A program made the position numbers and the translations under genes. A model generated the notes under the pieces. The model had not been told where the DNA came from. It saw nothing but the letters and a program-made list of their open reading frames with translations, and searched no databases. Source: Desulfobacterales bacterium (lineage in GTDB: Bacteria; Desulfobacterota; Desulfobacteria; Desulfobacterales; B30-G6). From it: a stretch of DNA of 34,229 nucleotides. Location of the stretch: the NCBI GenBank assembly GCA_029939655.1, contig JAOZSO010000001.1, positions 1 to 34,229 of the forward strand, read 5' to 3'. How positions within the stretch are numbered: position 1 is the stretch's first letter; every line of letters starts with the position of its first letter. Shown in pieces: positions 17,022 to 24,538 of the stretch.

Positions 17022-17631
17022 ACATTGGCTATGGCGGCGATGTTTTGATTTAGCTCGAATTATGTTAACTATCTGAACTCACGGATATATTATGCTGTGT
17101 TACATAATCTTTAATTGGGAGGGGTCGCCAATTTTGATGTAATCTTCAATTTGCGAAGATACGACAGTATCGAAGACTTAAAACGCAAATCGTTTCAAGA
17201 ACAAAACACAAAAGGAAATGAAAAAAATATTGTGAAGCCCCTTTTTAAGGCGAAACTGTATTCCATTGGGTGAAGGGAGGTCATATAAGAGAATCCGCCG
17301 GTTGCGGTTTCTCGGTATTGGGAAGGTAGTGCCCAACCGGTTTCCTTCAATTATGCGTTGCCTATTCATATATAGTACTAATATCTTATTAAAAAAAGAA
17401 TCATTGTATTATAGACATTAGACATAAGATTTTCTGAATTTGGACTGTGTGCACCTTTTATTATAAATATATAAGTAATAAGAAGGATATCTAAGAATAT
17501 AAAACCTCCCAAAATAGCGAGATAGCAATCTATTTTTTCCTTGCAAGATATTTTCTTATATATATCACTCATCATGAACCTAATTTAGTCTATTGGCACG
17601 GTATACTTGAATATGGCTGATTAGTGTTCAG

Positions 17632-19068
17632 TTATATTTCACATTCATTTATAATTGCTTCCATTGCATCTTCTGCTCCTTCTGGTAAAGCCATCGGCTT
17701 GTGGTTCTTGATAAGAAATCTGGCTTTTTCATACGCCCTTTCGATAATGTCTTTCCCACCGATTTTTTTAACCCAGGTATCGCGGTCCATACAATCAAAC
17801 AAATCTCTTTGGGACATGCTTTTCATGTGTTTTAGTGTGTGTTTGCTAGATAAATATTCACCACCAGAGCTTACGCTTTGAATTGTTTCTAAAGCTATTG
17901 TCTCATCAGAAATGTCCATCCCATTTTTTATCCATTTTAAATTCCTTAATTGTTCAGCATCCAGAATCAGCTTTGCAAAATCAAACGTCAGTCCTGATTC
18001 AATAGAACCACATCCATAGATGACATTAGATCCGGCCAGTAATGCTATAGCCGTATTTGTGTTAAATTCATAAGCGGCCTGTACATCCATAAGTTTACTT
18101 CCGCTAACACCTGAACCACACCAACTTGGGATTCCATAATATTGCGCCATTTTTGCAGTCCCAACATTCAAAACACCACATTCTGGGGCAGCGACAGCAG
18201 GATTACCGAGTTTCAAATCCATAATTGTTCCCACACTACCATAAATGAAAGGTGTACTTTTTGAAGTAAGTTGGGTCAAAACTAAAGAACCAAGAAGTTC
18301 TGCATTCTGTACAACCAGGGTTCCAGCGATTGTCGTGGGCGCCGTAGCACCACTCAATGGCATCGTAATTGAACAAACCACAACACCTAATCTTGAGCAT
18401 TCTATAATGACATCACAGCAATTCTTAGAGAGTGTGAGTGGGCTAGTTGGGCAAACGGTGGTGGACACACAAGGACGCTTAATAAAATTCTCCATGCCAC
18501 CGACGCAGGCCGCTGCCATCTCAACAATCTTTATTGAGTTTCTCCCACTAAAAAAACCATGAAAGGCATGCTTACTTGTGTTTGAAACAATTGCTTCGTA
18601 ATTATGCATGGACTGCGTCTCGGCAGGCTTATCCCGTGATCCCATACATTTTTCAATAATTGCAAATTCATCTAACGCATCAGCCAATCGTGTTGCATCC
18701 CCTAAATCTTTCTTTGTACAAGTTCTGTGTTTTAAAGTGTAAAGGTCGTTAGTATAAGAATTTTCACCAAATAGTGTATAGCAGGAACTTCCAGGTTCGA
18801 TAAGATGATCGTGTTTGGGATCCCTTCCATACAAAACAAACCGTTCTGGTGCCCATTGAACACAATCACTAACTACGGATGGAGGAATCTTAACAACAAA
18901 ACAATCCCCCTTTTTAACAATCTCCGATCCAGCACCATGAAAGATCTCTGTTGCCTCATCTGACTCAATTTTTATCCCCGTATTTTCCAATATCTTAATA
19001 GATGCATGATGAATTCTATGAAGTTGTTCATTTGTAATCCCTTCTATTTGATATCCGAGCATATACAT
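17632..19068 (-). CDS. MttB-superfamily (COG5598) methyltransferase, non-pyrrolysine paralogue; probable quaternary-amine:corrinoid methyltransferase
   Basis: 478 aa, uninterrupted. It is colinear with the Pyl-type mttB below (CPTSPL, MPLSGATAPTTIAGTLVVQNAELLG, APECG). A sense Val codon (18106-18108) sits where mttB has TAG. Confidence 0.85.
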   Translation of the reverse strand: MYMLGYQIEGITNEQLHRIHHASIKILENTGIKIESDEATEIFHGAGSEIVKKGDCFVVKIPPSVVSDCVQWAPERFVLYGRDPKHDHLIEPGSSCYTLFGENSYTNDLYTLKHRTCTKKDLGDATRLADALDEFAIIEKCMGSRDKPAETQSMHNYEAIVSNTSKHAFHGFFSGRNSIKIVEMAAACVGGMENFIKRPCVSTTVCPTSPLTLSKNCCDVIIECSRLGVVVCSITMPLSGATAPTTIAGTLVVQNAELLGSLVLTQLTSKSTPFIYGSVGTIMDLKLGNPAVAAPECGVLNVGTAKMAQYYGIPSWCGSGVSGSKLMDVQAAYEFNTNTAIALLAGSNVIYGCGSIESGLTFDFAKLILDAEQLRNLKWIKNGMDISDETIALETIQSVSSGGEYLSSKHTLKHMKSMSQRDLFDCMDRDTWVKKIGGKDIIERAYEKARFLIKNHKPMALPEGAEDAMEAIINECEI

Positions 19069-19134
19069 TCCTCTTCAAGTACTGATATAGGCATAATGAA
19101 CAATTGTTATAGCTTCAATTAAATTAATATAAAC

Positions 19135-19788
19135 TTATTCAACGCTAAGCAATTCTTTAATTTTTTCTACGCCATCTTGAGCATTTTTTGCATACGCATC
19201 AGCTCCAATTCTCGCGGCCCAACGGGGAGTTACCGGTGCACCGCCGACAACTGTTTTAAAGCGATCTTTTAATCCTTCAGATTTAAGCACAACTTCTAGG
19301 TCCTTCTGTCGCGGCATGGTTGTGGTAAGCAGCGCGCTGGTACCAATAATATCCGCATCAATCTCTATGGCTGTTTCAATTATTTGCTGGGTGGCCACAT
19401 CCCTCCCTGCATCATGGACCTTAAATCCATTTGCTTGCATCAGTGAAACAACAATGCATTTTCCAATATCATGAACGTCACCCTGGACTGTAGCAATAAG
19501 AACTGTCCCTTTTTCTTGCTTAGCGTTAATCCCGCCACTTAAAGTTTCATTCACCATGTCGGTAACCACCTTCATGATTTCCGCAGCTTGTATAAGCTCT
19601 GGTAAAAACAACCTGCCGCGTCCAAACAAGTCACCCGTTGCGTTAATTCCTGGAATAAAACCTTCCTCCATCAGTTCCAGTGGGCTGCCCCCATCACTGA
19701 GATAATTTTTTACGATCTCAATGGCCCTGTCTTTGTTTGCTTTAATTAGAACTTCCGCCGTTTCTTCGATAATACTTTTATCGATCAT
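19135..19788 (-). CDS. Corrinoid (cobalamin-binding) methyl-carrier protein, MtbC/MttC-like
   Basis: 217 aa. B12-binding DxHxxG motif GDVHDIGK, plus SALLTTT and GGA elements. An N-terminal helical cap domain is present. Confidence 0.9.
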   Translation of the reverse strand: MIDKSIIEETAEVLIKANKDRAIEIVKNYLSDGGSPLELMEEGFIPGINATGDLFGRGRLFLPELIQAAEIMKVVTDMVNETLSGGINAKQEKGTVLIATVQGDVHDIGKCIVVSLMQANGFKVHDAGRDVATQQIIETAIEIDADIIGTSALLTTTMPRQKDLEVVLKSEGLKDRFKTVVGGAPVTPRWAARIGADAYAKNAQDGVEKIKELLSVE

Positions 19789-19847
19789 AGCTTTTTTCCT
19801 TTTCCCTAATAGGCATTAATAGAATGCTTGAGGTTTTGAATCCAGCC

Positions 19848-21221
19848 CTAACGTCTGAAACGGTTTAGGGAATTAATTTCAATATCCAACAGTTTTGCAA
19901 TATTATATTTTGCTTCAATGCCTTTTGGAGAACCCATGGTGGAATAGACACTCCCTATCTTATGGTCTTCTCTAACATCACTCATCACAGCAGCATCAGT
20001 AAGCTCATTAACACTAATTCCTAATTTGTCCGCCACATACTTTTTTGCATCTTTTATTTTCATAGCCCGGGTCATTTGCATGCGTGCGACCAGATCTCCG
20101 GAAGTACGCATTCCGCCCATGCCTGCGGCCATTGCATGTGGTATCGCCACCCCTGCGGGGTCTCCGTCGCCAACCTACAACCCGTCCAATCGTGTAATCT
20201 CTAAATGTGCCTTTGAAGCCATGGTCACTGCGTCAATCGGTGGTGTATAACACAATGGTAAACCGCCCACCCCCATTCCTAAATTCGCATGTACAGGAAT
20301 TTCAGCAGCGTCAACACAGGCTTTTGTGAATGTAACCGCACGTGCAATGTTCCAGGGAATAGACTCGGTAGGATCTGTATTTATCGCTGGTCCGAATATG
20401 TCCACACCAGCTTCTTGCGCGACCTTAACCTGTTCGTGGGGATAGAGCCCGGCAAGGCGTACACCGTTGTGAGAAATCTCCCCATGCATTCCCAAGATAA
20501 ATTCCCCGGCCATTCCGATTTCGACACACATACTTGGGTACTTCTCCTTCAGCTCCTGCACCGCTAATAATGTTGCTTTAAAATCAGGATCACCAGAACC
20601 CCCAACCGTATCGAAATTTATCCCATCCGCTCCAGCTTCAAATAGGGAGGATGATACATAAACCATATCACGAACAGAATGCTCGATAGCTTCATCGTAT
20701 GCATCACGCGCTTCTTTGATTTTTCCCTGAGGAATCAGTTCTGCCGGGTTGGTGACAGGCCCATCCGGTTTGGTGTAAAGACCGAGATTTGGCATTGATC
20801 CATAAAAGACAGGAGCCACCATGAGCAATTGTGCTTGCTCCATGAGAGGAACATTTTCTCGAACGATGTGTTTTGCTTGCTTGAAGCTGTAATCGAGGTC
20901 TGATAGCTCAGTGGTGTCAGCTCCGAAACAACGCTCATAGGTCTGAAGCACTTGTAAGCGACCGGTATTTATGCCAAGCCTTCCGATCTTATTGCTTCCA
21001 CCATCATAGGTCATTATAACCTCATACCCTTTTTCAACCCCTGATATGCTACAACTGCATTTGCATATTTCAAACAAATGTTTTCGTTCATCATCAGTGA
21101 GAGGCTGTATCTCTGCCCGATCTGCGGCATCCAGGGTTCCATCTTCAATGTCTTGAATTAGTTCTTTTTCATCTATCTCAACAGAAAAACCATCTCCCAT
21201 GCGGGTTATTACTTTGCTCAT
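19848..21221 (-). CDS. mtbB: Dimethylamine:corrinoid methyltransferase with an in-frame UAG (predicted pyrrolysine) at 20175-20177
   Basis: Track ORFs 20175..21221 and 19848..20150 are in the same frame. Translation across the gap reads [42 protein letters not shown], and the TAG is the only stop. The combined 457 codons are colinear with Methanosarcina MtbB (about 467 aa) along the whole length. AAGGAGG SD precedes the ATG at 21221. Confidence 0.9.
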
Positions 21222-21235
21222 TTAGTCCTCCTTTA

Positions 21236-22702
21236 TTATATTCCTAATTCCTTTTCCGCTTCCTCCACAATTGAGTGAATTCTCTTTTGGATATCATCCG
21301 CTATTGGATCAGGAGTATGAGTCTCCAGAATTTCTATGGCTTTCTCCGTTGCTTTTTTGTATATATCCGGCTTGCCGGCTTGTTCCCAATCTTCACGCAT
21401 CGTTCGGTCAAAAACTCTGGGCGCAGATATAGATCTCATGTGGCGTAGCGTGCTATCATGGCTGAGGAAGTCTTTCCCGATTCCAATTTCTTTTATAGCA
21501 TCCACAGCCAGGGTTTCATCATTTACCGCTATCCCGTTCACCACATGCCTGACCATTTGTGCAACTTCATTATCCAACACAAGTTGTCCAAAATCAAAGG
21601 TCATTCCCATCTCGATCATTCCCATGCCGTATATCAGGTTGGCCCCTGCCAACGCCGGCAATAACGACGTCATCGTTTTTTCATGACCGGTTTGGAAATC
21701 TGTAGCTTTTGTATCGCCCTACCCGCCGGCAACAAAGCTTGGCAATGCATAATAACGAGCCAATCTCGCAACAGCCGCACTGATCATTGCGCATTCTGGG
21801 GATCCCACCGATGCGCTCGCCATTCTTAAATCCATGGCTGTCGTCGAACTGCCGTATATGACCGGTCCACCCTTTATAGTGAGCTGGTTAAGCAAAATTC
21901 CAGATAGAATTTCGGCGTTATGGATTACCAATGTCCCGGCAAGTGTTACCGGAGACGAGCCTCCCGCCATTGCCATGGAGAGAATATTGACACCGATTCC
22001 GTGTCTAGCTGCCCCCATGATGACTTCACAGGTATCTTTAACCAATTTAAGCGGGCTCACCGGACAAGTGATCGTTGTGTAGATGGGTCTCTGCCTTAAC
22101 GCATCCTTGCCACCAGCGATTACGGTAGCCATTTCCACTATTTTATCGAGTTGGTAACCTGAAAATGCTCCCATGAAAAGGTGTTTACTTGTATTGTTGA
22201 ATGAATCTTCCGCATTATAAATCTGGGCAATTTCCTGAGGAACTTCATGTGCTCCAACGGCCCGTTCATAGACATCGATCTCGCTCAGATAGTCAGCCAA
22301 CTTGGCTGCATTGGCCACATCTTTTCTGGTGGGCTTTCTTCTTTCACCCGTGTAGGGATCGATTACAAAAACGCCCTCTCCAAAAGTAGTAAACCCGACT
22401 CTATTGCTTTCTAATATGGTATCGTTTTTTGGATTGCGACCTGCCAGAAAGAGCTTTGGCGGAGCACTGCGAATGGCATCTTCCACTATATATGGAGGAA
22501 TTTTTACGATTTTCTTTTTTGCATTAACGGCGGCACCACCACCATCAAAAATATCCAGAGCTTCCTCATCTTCAACAAATATTCCAGTTTTCTCAAGAAT
22601 CTCTAATGTTGCCAAATGAATTTCGTCGCACTCCTCTTCAGTAAATGAATTTAGGCCGAATCCGCCACTGAGCTTCTTCCCTGCATGTAGGTTTCGCTTC
22701 AT
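21236..22702 (-). CDS. mttB: Trimethylamine:corrinoid methyltransferase with an in-frame UAG (predicted pyrrolysine) at 21719-21721
   Basis: Track ORFs 21719..22702 and 21236..21673 are in the same frame. Translation reads [45 protein letters not shown]. The combined 488 codons are colinear with Methanosarcina MttB (about 495 aa), and the TAG is the only interruption. Confidence 0.9.
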
Positions 22703-22790
22703 TGATAAGCATCCTTATTTTATGTAACTGTTTGGAATGGAAGTTAAACTGTGTTCTTCTATCGGTTTTGGCGTCCCAGGCATAGAAGAA

Positions 22791-22822
22791 CTGGAGCCTT
22801 GTTATTAACAACAAGGCTCCAG
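22791..22822 (-). terminator. Probable intrinsic terminator hairpin after the solute-binding-protein gene
   Basis: Perfect 13-bp stem ctggagccttgtt / aacaaggctccag with a 6-nt loop, beginning 6 nt after the TAA stop. On the minus strand it is followed by UUCUUCUAUG, a partial U-tract. Confidence 0.55.
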
Positions 22823-22828
22823 CTTTGA

Positions 22829-24412
22829 TTATGCAAACCACCATCGTTCATGGATTCTACGACCGTCATACATGGCATTGGAGGCAATGGTGTTATACCT
22901 CAATTTACTGCTTGCTACATAAACAAAGTTACTAAAAATGGGAATGATTGAGGAACCTTCATCATGGACAATTTTTTGCATTTCCCAATACATATCGCGA
23001 CGCTTGACTTCATTCAGCTCAGATCGAGCCTCTTTGAGGAGCTTGTCGAATCGTGCATTCTTCCAATAGCTCTCATTCCAGTTTGCTGATCCAGCATATA
23101 CAAGCGATAACATCCAGTCTTCTGTGGGCCGACCATACCAGAAACTCCAGCACATGCCTTTCTTCATCCATACATCCTCCCAATAACCGTCATTCGGTAC
23201 CTTTTTAGTCTTGAGTTTCACTCCTGCTTTTTCGGCAGACTCTTGGAATAAGAGAGCCGAGTCTATTGCCCCGGCAAAAGCTGTATCAGCGGCATAAAGC
23301 TCGAAAGTATGATCTAACATACCGGCTTTCTTCAAGTAAAATTTAGCCTTATCCGGATCATAAGTCCTCTGAGGCAATTCAGAGTTGAAATATCGGTTCT
23401 TCTGTGAGATTGGATGATCGTTTCCAAGAGAACCGTAACCACGTAAAACCTGTTTTAACATCAACTCACGATCAAAAGCGTATTTTAATCCCAATCGGAC
23501 ATTATTATCATTGAAGGGCTTCTGGGTCGTCAACATAGGCATGGTATAGTGGGCATACCCTGGAACGTCTATAATTTGCACATTTTTATTCTTTTTCAGA
23601 AATTGAACCGTCTTAAGATCAGGTCGGGCAAATACATCTAATTCGCCGGTTACTACAGCAGAGGTCCTGGATACGACATCCGGTAAGGCCATCGTTTCAA
23701 CTTCATCAAAATAGGGAAGTCCCTCCTTGAAATAATTTGGGTTACGCGTAGTGAAAGCCCGGACACCTGGCTCCCAACTTTTAAGGATAAAGGGGCCTGT
23801 TCCCATCCCTTTTTCAAAATCGGTTGTCCCGTTTGGTACGACCATAAGATTCACTTCTGCCAAGAAATAGGGGAAGTCGGCATTCCCTGATTCAAGTGTG
23901 AAGATCACCTGGTTGTTACCATCTTTCTTTATGTCCGTAACAGGCTTAAGAATACCTTTTGCCGGAGATTTGGTCTTTTCGGTTCTACTAAGATTTATGG
24001 AATAGATAACGTCATCAGCATCCAGCGGCTTGCCGTTATGAAATTCGACGCCTTTTCGGAGGTTGAAAATCCATTGTTTTGCATCCGGTGTTGACTCCCA
24101 GTTTTCCGCAAGCTCCGGGGTAGCAACACCTTTTTCATCAATTACAATCAACTGGTTTCGACATTGTTGACTGACCAATTGAGGCATAATATCTGTCAAC
24201 AATGTGATATCTAGGCTCTCTGTTGTGGCACCACTGTGGCTCCCAATTCTCAAGCGGCCACCCTGTTTGGGGGTTGCGGCATGTGCTGTGCTATTAGCCA
24301 ATAAAGGCGACATAGCCACAGAAAGCCCCATAGCAGACACGTAGGCTAAGAAATCGCGGCGAGTAATTTTCCCTTGAAATAGCAAACGTTCCAACTCCTG
24401 CAATTTTTCCAT
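22829..24412 (-). CDS. ABC-transporter substrate-binding protein, family 5 (peptide/opine/nickel type), with a Tat-type signal peptide
   Basis: 527 aa. Twin-arginine motif TRRDFLAYVSAMGLSVAM...AHA. The length and sequence character are those of DppA/OppA-like SBPs. AAGGAGG SD is present. Confidence 0.8.
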   Translation of the reverse strand: MEKLQELERLLFQGKITRRDFLAYVSAMGLSVAMSPLLANSTAHAATPKQGGRLRIGSHSGATTESLDITLLTDIMPQLVSQQCRNQLIVIDEKGVATPELAENWESTPDAKQWIFNLRKGVEFHNGKPLDADDVIYSINLSRTEKTKSPAKGILKPVTDIKKDGNNQVIFTLESGNADFPYFLAEVNLMVVPNGTTDFEKGMGTGPFILKSWEPGVRAFTTRNPNYFKEGLPYFDEVETMALPDVVSRTSAVVTGELDVFARPDLKTVQFLKKNKNVQIIDVPGYAHYTMPMLTTQKPFNDNNVRLGLKYAFDRELMLKQVLRGYGSLGNDHPISQKNRYFNSELPQRTYDPDKAKFYLKKAGMLDHTFELYAADTAFAGAIDSALLFQESAEKAGVKLKTKKVPNDGYWEDVWMKKGMCWSFWYGRPTEDWMLSLVYAGSANWNESYWKNARFDKLLKEARSELNEVKRRDMYWEMQKIVHDEGSSIIPIFSNFVYVASSKLRYNTIASNAMYDGRRIHERWWFA

Positions 24413-24538
24413 CGTTTTTTCCTCCTTTGAATTTAAAGAGTTATGCTACTGATGAGTTTTCGAACAACAAACTTCTCAATTCCCATTAAAATGAAAGTAA
24501 TTAATTGCATAAACAAGTATTTAAATCGATATAACTTC

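Noticed and set aside
17378-17575. 65-aa hydrophobic ORF, plus the 63-aa ORF at 17178..17369, in the AT-rich spacer.
   Set aside because: G+C is very low, and there is no convincing SD and no recognisable family. The 63-aa ORF overlaps the riboswitch-like segment. These could be a small membrane peptide or just noise, so they are not called.
20149-20161. Small hairpin (ACCCC-GCA-GGGGU on the mRNA) beginning ~13 nt downstream of the mtbB UAG; considered as a PYLIS-like recoding signal.
   Set aside because: It has only a 5-bp stem. No comparable structure is seen after the mttB UAG, and a downstream element is not known to be required for Pyl insertion in bacteria. It is most likely incidental to the GDPAG coding sequence.
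22703-22790. Search for a second sigma-54 or sigma-70 promoter ahead of mttB.
   Set aside because: The closest -24-like string (CTGGGACGCCAAAACC on the minus strand) lacks the TTGC -12 element. The only TAAAAT lies too close to the start codon. The promoter of the methyltransferase operon is left unassigned.
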